54,702 nt of DNA from Steroidobacteraceae bacterium. Its GTDB lineage: Bacteria; Pseudomonadota; Gammaproteobacteria; Steroidobacterales; Steroidobacteraceae. This document shows, one piece after another, positions 21,607 through 29,782 of the stretch; positions within the stretch are counted from its first letter, which is position 1; each line of letters starts with the position of its first letter. The notes beneath the pieces are model-generated. The model was given only the letters and a program-made list of their open reading frames with translations, was not told the origin of the DNA and ran no database searches. The stretch spans positions 14,164 to 68,865 of the forward strand of contig JBBEAB010000064.1 of assembly GCA_040899645.1 (NCBI GenBank), read 5' to 3'. A program made the translations under genes and the position numbers.

Positions 21607-22811
21607 CAGATCAGGCCACGCTGCGGATCCTGGTGCTCGACGACGAGCCGCTGATGCTCGTGCTGCTGGACCGCATGCTGACGAATCTCGGCTTCCGCAA
21701 CGTGACGACCTTCGGGCGCGGAAGACAGGCGCTTGACTGGCTGCAGGAAACCGCCAATACCGCTGACCTGATCGTGCTCGACCTCAACATGCCGGAAATG
21801 GACGGCGTCGAGTTCCTCAGAAACCTGGTCGCATTGCAGTTCACCGGCGGCGTCATCCTGGCGAGCGGCGAGGACGAGCCGATCCAGCAGGCTGCGGAGA
21901 CGCTGGTGCAGGCGCACCGGATTACCGCGCTCGGTCACCTGCACAAGCCGGTCCAGCCACAACAGCTTGGCGCACTGATCGACAAGTGGCGGCCGGGCAT
22001 GCTTCAGGCGACGCGCGGCGCAACGCAGACCTACCCGTCGGCGGAAGTCGGCCGGGCCATCAGCAACCGCGAGCTCGTCAATCATTACCAGCCGAAGGTG
22101 TCGGTCGCGACCGGCCAGGTGGTCGGCGTCGAGACGCTGGTGCGCTGGCAGCATCCCGTGGATGGCCTCGTGTACCCGGACCGGTTCATCGGCGTCGCCG
22201 AGGAACATGGTCACATCAATGGCCTGACGCAGGTCGTGATCGACGCCGCAATTGCGCAGGCGCGGTCGTGGATGGACCAGGGAATCAAGCTGCAAGTCAG
22301 CATCAATGTCTCGATGGACAATCTGGCGACACTCACGTTTCCGGATGTCCTCGCGCGGCAGGCAGAGCGCGCGGATGTGCCGGCTACGAACATCGTGCTC
22401 GAGGTTACCGAGAGCCGGCTGATGTCGAAGATCGTCACCGTGCTGGACGTATTGACCCGGCTGCGATTGAAGCGGTTCCGCCTGTCCATCGACGACTTCG
22501 GCACCGGGCATTCGTCGCTCGCGCAACTGCGCGACATTCCGTTTGACGAGCTGAAGATCGACCGTGGCTTCGTCCACGGTGCCGCGGGCAACGACAAGAA
22601 GCGCGCGATCTGCGAGGCGAGCCTCGGACTGGCGCGCCAGCTGGGCATCGTCGTCGTCGCCGAGGGCGTCGAGGACCTGGAGGACTGGCGCTTCCTGCGC
22701 AGTGCAGGCTGCGATTTCGCGCAGGGCTATTTCATCGCCAAGCCGATGCGCGGCGACGAACTGCCGGCATGGCTCGATACCTGGGCGGAGCGGGTCCGTG
22801 CGGGGTTCTGA
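21603..22811 (+). CDS. response regulator with EAL domain (c-di-GMP phosphodiesterase)
   Basis: REC domain (LRILVLDDEP...LDLNMPEMDG) fused to an EAL domain (ELVNHYQPKV, EVTES, DDFGTGHSSL). The ATG overlaps the kinase stop (ATGA). Confidence 0.9.
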   Translation: MTDQATLRILVLDDEPLMLVLLDRMLTNLGFRNVTTFGRGRQALDWLQETANTADLIVLDLNMPEMDGVEFLRNLVALQFTGGVILASGEDEPIQQAAETLVQAHRITALGHLHKPVQPQQLGALIDKWRPGMLQATRGATQTYPSAEVGRAISNRELVNHYQPKVSVATGQVVGVETLVRWQHPVDGLVYPDRFIGVAEEHGHINGLTQVVIDAAIAQARSWMDQGIKLQVSINVSMDNLATLTFPDVLARQAERADVPATNIVLEVTESRLMSKIVTVLDVLTRLRLKRFRLSIDDFGTGHSSLAQLRDIPFDELKIDRGFVHGAAGNDKKRAICEASLGLARQLGIVVVAEGVEDLEDWRFLRSAGCDFAQGYFIAKPMRGDELPAWLDTWAERVRAGF

Positions 22812-24558
22812 GCGGCTGCCGTCCTGGACCGGCGGCTGGCAGGGACTCGCGCCCGGCCTGCTCGTCGTCCTAGCCGCCGCGTCCTGCACGCCGGCTCCGG
22901 AATACGACCTGCTGGTCCGCGGCGGTACGGTCATCGACGGTTCGGGCCAGGCCGGATTCACCGGGGACGTCGCGATCGCGGGCGAGCGCATCGCCTATGT
23001 CGGGCCCCGGGCCCCGGGCGCGGCGCGGCGCGTGATCGATGCGCAGGGGCGGACCGTGGCGCCCGGCTTCATCAACATGCTTTCCTGGTCGAACGAATCG
23101 CTGCTGATCGACGGCCGCGGGCAGGGCGAACTGCGCCAGGGCGTGACACTCGAGGTGATGGGCGAGGGCGATTCGATGGGGCCGCTGACGCCCGGCATGA
23201 AGGATGAGCTGACCGCGCAGCAGGGCGACCTGAAGTACCCGGTCGAATGGACCACGCTTGGCGAGTACCTGGAGACACTCGAGCGCAAGGGTATCTCGCT
23301 GAACGTCGCCTCGCACATCGGCGCTGCGACCGCGCGCATGAATCTGCTCGGATCCGAAGACTTGGACCCGACGCCGGAGCAGCTCGCAGAGATGCAGGAC
23401 GTCGTGCGCGTGGCGATGGAGGAAGGCGCGCTGGGAGTCGGCTCCTCATTGATCTACGTCCCCGGCACCTTTGCCGAGACCGACGAACTGGTAGCGCTCG
23501 CCGCGACAGCGGGGCGCTGCGGCGGCATCCACGCGACGCACATGCGCAGCGAAGGCGCCCGTCTGCTCGAGGCCATCGACGAGACGATCGAGATTGCGCG
23601 CCGTTCCGGCGCGCCGGCGGAGATCTACCACCTGAAGGCGGCGGGACGCAGCAACTGGGGGAAGTTGGAAGCTGCAATCGCACGCATCGATGCGGCGCGC
23701 AAGGCGGGCCTGCGCATCACGACCGACATGTATGCTTACCCGGCGGCGAGCACCGGTCTCGACGCCGCGATGCCGCCTTGGGTGCAGGAGGGTGGCAACG
23801 CGGCCTGGTATGCGCGGCTGCGGGATCCCGCGATCCGGGCCCGCGTGGCGGCGGACATGCGCAGTGACGATGCGGGCTGGGCCAACACGCTGCGCGAGGC
23901 GGGCGGCGCGGAAAATGTGCTGATCTCGGGGTTGCGGAAGCCCGCACTCAAGCCGCTGATCGGCAAGACGCTCGCTGAAATTGCACGCCTGCGCGGTACG
24001 ACACCGGAGGAAGCGGCGATGGACCTGGTCGCCGAGGACGAGAGCCGCGTGCAGTCCATCTATTTCCTGATGTCCGAGGACGAGGTGCGCCGCAAGGTCG
24101 GGTTGCCATTCATGAGTTTCGGCTCGGACGGCTCGGCGGTATCGGCCGAAGGGGTGTTCCTGAAAAGCAACCTGCACCCGCGCGGCTACGGCAACTTCGC
24201 CCGGGTACTCGCGCGTTACGTGCGCGATGAGAAGCTCGTGACGCTGGAAGATGCGGTCCATCGCATGACCGCGCACCCGGCCGCGGTGCTCGGGTTGCGC
24301 GAGCGCGGCAGGCTTGAGCCAGGCTACTACGCCGACGTGGTCGTGTTCGATGCGGCGACGATCGCGGACCACGCGACCTATGTCGAGCCCCACCAGTATT
24401 CGACCGGTGTGTCGCACGTGATCGTGAACGGCATCGAGGCATTGCGTGATGGCGAACCGACCGATGCGCGGCCCGGCCGCGTGGTCCGCGGCCGCGCCTG
24501 GACCGGCTGGCCGGACGGCGGCTGCCGCGCCTCGCCCCGTGACTGGGACTGGCGCTGA
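22798..24558 (+). CDS. N-acyl-D-amino-acid deacylase (D-aminoacylase) family amidohydrolase, probable lipoprotein
   Basis: Lipobox LLVVLAAASC, D-aminoacylase-type motifs (GGTVIDGSG, GFINMLSW, IHATHMRSEG, EIYHLKAAG). GTG 22798 was chosen because the ORF-track ATG at 22564 would overlap the EAL gene by 248 nt. Confidence 0.75.
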   Translation: MRGSERLPSWTGGWQGLAPGLLVVLAAASCTPAPEYDLLVRGGTVIDGSGQAGFTGDVAIAGERIAYVGPRAPGAARRVIDAQGRTVAPGFINMLSWSNESLLIDGRGQGELRQGVTLEVMGEGDSMGPLTPGMKDELTAQQGDLKYPVEWTTLGEYLETLERKGISLNVASHIGAATARMNLLGSEDLDPTPEQLAEMQDVVRVAMEEGALGVGSSLIYVPGTFAETDELVALAATAGRCGGIHATHMRSEGARLLEAIDETIEIARRSGAPAEIYHLKAAGRSNWGKLEAAIARIDAARKAGLRITTDMYAYPAASTGLDAAMPPWVQEGGNAAWYARLRDPAIRARVAADMRSDDAGWANTLREAGGAENVLISGLRKPALKPLIGKTLAEIARLRGTTPEEAAMDLVAEDESRVQSIYFLMSEDEVRRKVGLPFMSFGSDGSAVSAEGVFLKSNLHPRGYGNFARVLARYVRDEKLVTLEDAVHRMTAHPAAVLGLRERGRLEPGYYADVVVFDAATIADHATYVEPHQYSTGVSHVIVNGIEALRDGEPTDARPGRVVRGRAWTGWPDGGCRASPRDWDWR

Positions 24559-25746
24559 TTGCCGGTTGAATTCCTGATTTTCGGGCTGGCGCTCGCGGGC
24601 GTCGCCATTCTGCACCGCCATGCGTTGCCGATCGCGGCCACCGGGCTCGCTTGCATCGTCGCCTTCGAGTGGCTGGTCACGCAGTTTCCGACCGGCCCGG
24701 GGGGCGCGGGCCTTGCGGAGCACTTCGCGCACGAGTGGGTGACGCTCGTCAACCTGCTGTGCCTGCTGGTCGGCTTCGCGATGGTCGCCGCGCACTTCGA
24801 GAAGAGCGGGATTCCGGCCGCGCTGCCGCGCTACCTGCCGGACGACTGGACCGGCGCGTTTGCGCTGCTCGCGATCGTGTTCCTGATCTCGGGCTTCCTC
24901 GACAACATCGCCGCGGCCCTGATCGGCGGCGCGATGGCGCACACGCTGTTCCGTGGGCAGGTTCGGGTCGGCTACCTGGCGGCAATCGTCGCCGCCTCGA
25001 ATGCCGGCGGCGCGGGCAGCGTGATCGGCGACACGACGACGACCATGATGTGGATCCAGGGTGTGTCGCCGGCCGAAGTGATCCATGCCTACCTGGCATC
25101 GGCCGCTGCGCTGCTCGTGTTCGGGCTGTCGGCCGCGCGCCAGCAACAGCGCTTTGCCACGATCGTGCGCGACGCAGACGAGACGCAATCGATCGACTGG
25201 CTGCGCGTGTTGATCGTGGCTTTCGTGCTGGCAAGCGCAGTCACGGTGAATGTCTTCGTCAACCTGCGCTACCCCGAACTCGCGGACCGCTTCCCGTTCA
25301 TCGGTGCGACCGTCGCCATGAGCTTGCTCATGACTATCGGCATCCGCCAGCCGGACTGGCGGGCGCTGCCCGCGGCTTTCAAGGGCTCGATCTTCCTGCT
25401 GTGCCTCGTGGCGTCGGCGTCGCTGATGCCGGTCGAATCGCTGCCGGCGGCATCCTGGAAGACGGCGCTGGCGCTCGGCTTCGTCTCGGCCGGCTTCGAC
25501 AACATCCCGCTGACCGCGATGGCGCTGCAGCAGGGCGGTTATGACTGGGGCGTGCTGGCCTATGCCGTCGGCTTCGGCGGCTCAATGCTGTGGTTCGGCT
25601 CCTCCGCGGGCGTCGCGATCTGCGGCATGTATCCAGAGGCGCGCTCCACCGACCGGTGGCTGCGCGAGGGCTGGCTCATCCCGGTCGCCTACCTGGCTGG
25701 TTTTGCGTTGCTGCTGCTGGCACTCGGCTGGCAGCCGGGCGGCTGA
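24559..25746 (+). CDS. ArsB/NhaD-superfamily membrane permease (NhaD-like antiporter family)
   Basis: About 12 predicted TM segments with Gly-rich repeats typical of the ion-transporter superfamily. TTG start immediately after the aminoacylase stop. Confidence 0.65.
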   Translation: MPVEFLIFGLALAGVAILHRHALPIAATGLACIVAFEWLVTQFPTGPGGAGLAEHFAHEWVTLVNLLCLLVGFAMVAAHFEKSGIPAALPRYLPDDWTGAFALLAIVFLISGFLDNIAAALIGGAMAHTLFRGQVRVGYLAAIVAASNAGGAGSVIGDTTTTMMWIQGVSPAEVIHAYLASAAALLVFGLSAARQQQRFATIVRDADETQSIDWLRVLIVAFVLASAVTVNVFVNLRYPELADRFPFIGATVAMSLLMTIGIRQPDWRALPAAFKGSIFLLCLVASASLMPVESLPAASWKTALALGFVSAGFDNIPLTAMALQQGGYDWGVLAYAVGFGGSMLWFGSSAGVAICGMYPEARSTDRWLREGWLIPVAYLAGFALLLLALGWQPGG

Positions 25747-26464
25747 CCCGGTTCCAGGCCGCCCGCAGGTCGGTCTCCGCGCGATGCAAGTGCCGCCAGG
25801 GACGCTCGACGCGATGCTGTACGAGCCGTTCGAGCAGTCTGCGGGTTGCATCCGCGCCGAGTCCATAACCCGCGATCCACTGCGCGCAGCCCTCCAGTGG
25901 CCGCATGCGTTCGATCGTGCGCAACATGTCGAGCAGGTCGAACATCGCCGGTCGCGTGCCAACGATGTCGGTTGCGAAGCGGCAGCCATGCGCCAGATCA
26001 ATCAGATGGTACGTGGGCGAATACAGGGCGGGCGTTTCGACCAGGACGTTTGCCGGATAGAAGGCGCCGTGCGAGATCCCACACTCGTGCATGCGGCGCG
26101 CCAGCAGGAAGAGTGGCGCGAGATCGGGCGGCTGCGCGCCTGCGCGCAGCAACCAAGCGAGCGGCGCGGCCCCGGCGATTTCGCGTGTTGCAAGTATCTC
26201 GTGGAGACCGTGTACGCGGCTATGCCCGTGCGACCACCAGAGGGGCTCCGGGCACGAAACGGCGTGCTCGCGTAGTCGCGCCAGCAGTCCAAATTCCCTC
26301 GCCACGCGATACGGCACCGCCAGGCGGCGCAACGGATCATGGAGCGACCGGTGCCGATACATCTTGACGACCGCACGGCCGCCGCCGGCAAGCGGCTCCG
26401 ACCAGATCAGGGTCGTCGGCTCGGCCTTGATCAGCGCGTGATCGTATGTGTCGTAAGCGGTCAT
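25676..26464 (-). CDS. Kdo / lipopolysaccharide kinase (InaA/KdkA/WaaP-RIO-like) family protein; catalytic loop reads HGAFYPAN (no Asp)
   Basis: Kinase-like architecture with a catalytic-loop-like HGAFYPANVLV and a metal-binding-like LIDLAHG. The ATG overlaps the methyltransferase stop (ATGA). Its 3' end overlaps the convergent permease by 71 nt. Confidence 0.6.
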   Translation of the reverse strand: MTAYDTYDHALIKAEPTTLIWSEPLAGGGRAVVKMYRHRSLHDPLRRLAVPYRVAREFGLLARLREHAVSCPEPLWWSHGHSRVHGLHEILATREIAGAAPLAWLLRAGAQPPDLAPLFLLARRMHECGISHGAFYPANVLVETPALYSPTYHLIDLAHGCRFATDIVGTRPAMFDLLDMLRTIERMRPLEGCAQWIAGYGLGADATRRLLERLVQHRVERPWRHLHRAETDLRAAWNRVSRPAASRVPAAATQNQPGRRPG

Positions 26465-27345
26465 GATGCGCGATCCCTCTCCTTGAGGATCAGCGCGTAG
26501 CGGTGACCGGAACCGATCCGCGAGAGCGGCGGGGCGGCAACGAGATGCGCGCCGTTCTTGCGGGCAATTTCAGCGACCCGCGCGGTCGTCATTGTCATCT
26601 TCGGCTCCTTGCGATTGAAGGGCCGACGCAGACGCCGAAAGATGTTTTTCAGGGAGTGGTGGTCGAAGTAGGTGACGATGACGAAGCGGCGCGAGACGCG
26701 CAACAGTTCCTGCAGCAGGCGTTCGCGTTCGGCTGCGGTTGGCAGGTGATGGGAAAGCCGGACACAGATCGTTCCGTCTACGGCATTGTTGCTCAGCGGG
26801 ATATGAAAGGCGGAGGCCGTCATCCAGGTCCGCGGCGTGGCGACATTCGAAGCGATTCTGCCGTAGAGGACCTGGCCGAGCCCGATGTCAGCCTCGATGA
26901 TGCGTTCGGCCGCATCGGCGAATGCGGGCGTCAGTCGACCGCCGCCGCAGGGCAGGTCGAGGATGATCCCGGACCGGCCCAGCCGGCGCATGTGGCGGCC
27001 GATGAGACGAAACTCGCGCCGCGTGCTGCTGCGTTTCAGAACCTGCCGCTGGTATTCGAGGTTGTAGGCCGCGGCTCGTTCGACGCGCTGGTATTCCGCC
27101 TGATAGCCCGCGCTCTGCTCCAGATCCTGCGGCTTGTCCCAGGTTTCGGAGGTGCCGGCAATCGCGAGCAGCGGCACGCCATCGCGCATGGCAAACCGGC
27201 TGGAACAGCGGGGGCAATGAATGGAATCGGTTTCGATCGCCAGCGGCCCGCGGCAGGCAGGGCAGGCCAGGAGATCGGCGATCGCTGCGAGATCGCCGTT
27301 GCCGTGCTTCGACCCGGTCGCCGCAACCGCATTCGATGAATTCAT
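26461..27345 (-). CDS. class I SAM-dependent methyltransferase with N-terminal Trm112-like zinc ribbon
   Basis: CPACRGPL...HCPRCSSRF zinc ribbon followed by SAM motif I (ILDLPCGGGRL). The start was set at the internal Met (27345), not the ORF-track start at 27399. Confidence 0.75.
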   Translation of the reverse strand: MNSSNAVAATGSKHGNGDLAAIADLLACPACRGPLAIETDSIHCPRCSSRFAMRDGVPLLAIAGTSETWDKPQDLEQSAGYQAEYQRVERAAAYNLEYQRQVLKRSSTRREFRLIGRHMRRLGRSGIILDLPCGGGRLTPAFADAAERIIEADIGLGQVLYGRIASNVATPRTWMTASAFHIPLSNNAVDGTICVRLSHHLPTAAERERLLQELLRVSRRFVIVTYFDHHSLKNIFRRLRRPFNRKEPKMTMTTARVAEIARKNGAHLVAAPPLSRIGSGHRYALILKERDRAS

Positions 27346-27399
27346 GCGCAACGCCCATTCCCCGGCCTGTTCCGGGTTGGACGGACGCTGCCGGGGCAA

Positions 27400-28401
27400 T
27401 CAACCGGCGGGCGGGGCCCGGGCCTCCTGGCTGCTGACGAGGATGCGGCCATCCAGCACGATGGCGCGCACGCGCGTGGTTGCGAGCACGGCATCGAGGG
27501 CCTGCCGCGGCGTCAATCCGGCGATGGATCCGTGCAGTACCACGCCTGCCGCCTCGCTGGCGATTTCGGGCGTCACATAGGCGACTTCGCAACCGAGCTC
27601 GCGCGCGGCCCAGGACAGGAAGTCACGCAACTGCAGGCCTTCGATGGCGATGCCGGGGCTGGTCCCGGCAACCCAATCCCAGGATTCGCCGTAGGGTGTC
27701 GCCGCCGCGCGCTGCACCTCACCATCGTCGGCGATCGTGAGTTGTTCGCCGGTGACACCGTGTTCGCGACGTCCTGACTTTGACTGCCACTCGACGCGGC
27801 CCTCGCGCACGCGCAGCCGCAGCTTTGATCCCACGAGTCGCGCTTCGTACTGCGTGCCGACATGCCGCACGGCACCGGCCGACGTGACGACCACGAGATC
27901 TTCAGCGGCCGCATCGCCGCGCCCTGCATCGACATACAACGCGCCGCGCTCCAGCGTGATCTCGTCCGGCGCCGTCAAAGCGAGGCGCGTGTCATGGTCG
28001 AGCCGGACCGAGATGCCATCCCGCAAGCTCAGTGCGCTGCGGCCGGCAGGACCGGTCTCGAGCGTCGTCCCGGTCATCAGCGCCTGTCCCGTGGCAGTTG
28101 CCCGCCAGCGCGCGAAGCGTCCCTGCCGGGCGCGCACCTCGCCGGAGGCCAGTGCCAGGGTCGCGGCAGTTTCGGTTGATCCGCCGAACGGCGGTGCGAC
28201 CATCCAGGTGCCGATGGCCGCCGCCAGTACGCTGGCGGCAAGCGCAAATGCCACGCGCCGCTGGCGGCGGCGGCTCTCGTTCGCGACCACGGCGCGCCAT
28301 TCGTCACGCAGGCGCTCACGCATCGCCCGCTCGAATCCGGCGTCGGGCTGTTCACGCGGTCCCGCGGCCTTCAGTACCCGTTCGATATCCTTGTCATTCA
28401 T
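27400..28401 (-). CDS. FecR-family anti-sigma factor / transmembrane sensor
   Basis: N-terminal cytoplasmic anti-sigma region, a single TM (VAFALAASVLAAAIGTWMV) and a periplasmic FecR domain. It lies 9 nt downstream of the ECF sigma gene. Confidence 0.8.
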   Translation of the reverse strand: MNDKDIERVLKAAGPREQPDAGFERAMRERLRDEWRAVVANESRRRQRRVAFALAASVLAAAIGTWMVAPPFGGSTETAATLALASGEVRARQGRFARWRATATGQALMTGTTLETGPAGRSALSLRDGISVRLDHDTRLALTAPDEITLERGALYVDAGRGDAAAEDLVVVTSAGAVRHVGTQYEARLVGSKLRLRVREGRVEWQSKSGRREHGVTGEQLTIADDGEVQRAAATPYGESWDWVAGTSPGIAIEGLQLRDFLSWAARELGCEVAYVTPEIASEAAGVVLHGSIAGLTPRQALDAVLATTRVRAIVLDGRILVSSQEARAPPAG

Positions 28402-28410
28402 GTCGGATCC

Positions 28411-29043
28411 TCACGCGCCGAGGCTTGCGGCGATGTCGCCGGCCTCGGCGCCGAACACTTGCTCCAGTGCTTCGCGAAAGGCGATGCGCGCCCGCGCCAG
28501 CAACGACTGCGCGGCGATCGTGCTGATTCCCAGGCGTTCACCGATGAACTCGACCGAATGTCCCTCGATGTATTTCAGCTCGAGCGCATCGCCGTAATTG
28601 GCGGGCAGGCGATCGAGCACCGCGCGTACCAGGCGGCCGACCTCCGCGCGCCCGTGGCTCTTGACCAGGTCGTACTCCTCGGACGCCTCGACTGATTCGA
28701 TGGCGACACGCAGCTCGGGCTGGTCGTCGATCAGCACGACATGCCTGGATCGCCGCTGCGAGCGGATGTGATCGACCACCTCATGGCGACAGATCTGGCA
28801 GATCCAGGTGAACAGGCCGGACTCGCCGCGGAAGTCCGCGATCTTGCGCATGGCCTTGGTCAGAGCGGACTGTACGACTTCCTGCGTTGCCTCGATGTCG
28901 CCATTCAGTCGCGGCAGGGCGAAGCGGTACACGCGCGCGAAATACGCGTTGAAGAACGCTTCGAACGCCCGCTCGTCGCCCGCGAGCATGCGCCGGATGA
29001 GCTGCTGGTCTTCTGGCAATGCCTGGTCCACGTGGCGGGACAC
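28411..29043 (-). CDS. ECF (sigma-70 family group 4) RNA polymerase sigma factor
   Basis: Region 2 (FEAFFNAYFARVYRFAL) and region 4 (ELKYIEGHSVEFIGERLGISTIAAQSLLARAR). GTG start at 29043. Confidence 0.85.
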   Translation of the reverse strand: MSRHVDQALPEDQQLIRRMLAGDERAFEAFFNAYFARVYRFALPRLNGDIEATQEVVQSALTKAMRKIADFRGESGLFTWICQICRHEVVDHIRSQRRSRHVVLIDDQPELRVAIESVEASEEYDLVKSHGRAEVGRLVRAVLDRLPANYGDALELKYIEGHSVEFIGERLGISTIAAQSLLARARIAFREALEQVFGAEAGDIAASLGA

Positions 29044-29782
29044 TATCCGGTGGTGGGACGTTGGCGCGAGCGGGAATCAATCGCGCGGGGTCCGTGGCCC
29101 GTGATTCTAGCAGTACGCGGTAAAGGGCCAGCAGCAGGAACCAGTCGATAGCGGCTGCGGCGAGATCGTGAGACAGGAAGTGGGCGCCGCGCGCCTGCTG
29201 GCCGAACGAATAAAGCATGCCGATCCCGATTGCCGCGGCCAGCGCGCCTCGGGCGAGGCGCGGACGCGCGCCGAGCAGCACGAAATAGAACGACATCAGT
29301 GCAAAGCCCGAGGATGCGTGCGAGCCTGGATAGCAGCGCCCGCGAGGCAGCGAATCCGGCCGGTCCGCCAGCAGCGACACGTAGGGGCGCTCGCCACCAT
29401 AGCGGCGGAGGTCGCGCGGACAATCCACGTTCGAAACCTGCTTCAACGCCCCGACCGCTGCCGTGCAGAGGATCAAGCTTGCGGCGACGAATGCGGCGCC
29501 GCGACGCAGGGGCCGCAGCCGCGGTACGACATGCCCGGCGGACAGGACGCCGAGCGAGGTGAGGCCGATCAGGCGCACGAACAGGGCGCCTCCGGTGTGG
29601 ATGGCATCCACCGCCCACCAGGTATCGGCCCCGATCCAGGCTCCAGCCGCCTGGTCATAAAACCAGGCGTCGGCGATCCGCAGATCAAGATGCCCCGCCG
29701 CGACCACGAGCGATGCAGCGAGGATCGCCACGCCCGGGATCCACGCATGGCTCCGCCAGAATTGCTGCCGTTCCAGTGACAT
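28781..29782 (-). CDS. PAP2-family (type 2 phosphatidic acid / lipid A phosphatase-like) membrane protein
   Basis: PAP2 motifs KQVSNVDCPRD, YPGSHASSGF and SRxxxxxHxxxD (GAHFLSHDL) with multiple TM segments. The ATG shares 1 nt with the upstream Omp85 stop (TGATG). The reading frame has no stop until 28781 and therefore overlaps the sigma gene by 262 nt; the true C-terminus is uncertain. Confidence 0.65.
   Translation of the reverse strand: MSLERQQFWRSHAWIPGVAILAASLVVAAGHLDLRIADAWFYDQAAGAWIGADTWWAVDAIHTGGALFVRLIGLTSLGVLSAGHVVPRLRPLRRGAAFVAASLILCTAAVGALKQVSNVDCPRDLRRYGGERPYVSLLADRPDSLPRGRCYPGSHASSGFALMSFYFVLLGARPRLARGALAAAIGIGMLYSFGQQARGAHFLSHDLAAAAIDWFLLLALYRVLLESRATDPARLIPARANVPPPDSVPPRGPGIARRPAAHPAHARGRRAGVRSVLQRVFRARVPLRPAATEWRHRGNAGSRTVRSDQGHAQDRGLPRRVRPVHLDLPDLSP

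Noticed and set aside
22564-22797. ORF-track start at 22564 for the D-aminoacylase gene.
   Set aside because: It would overlap the EAL gene by 248 nt in another frame and add an Ala/Ser/Arg-rich N-terminus. GTG 22798 gives a plausible lipoprotein signal peptide and only a 14-nt overlap.
28989-29043. An alternative later start (ATG 28989, MLAGDE...) for the ECF sigma gene that would reduce the overlap with PAP2.
   Set aside because: It would remove residues just N-terminal of region 2.1 that sigma factors normally have, and the overlap would still exceed 200 nt. GTG 29043 was kept with the uncertainty noted.
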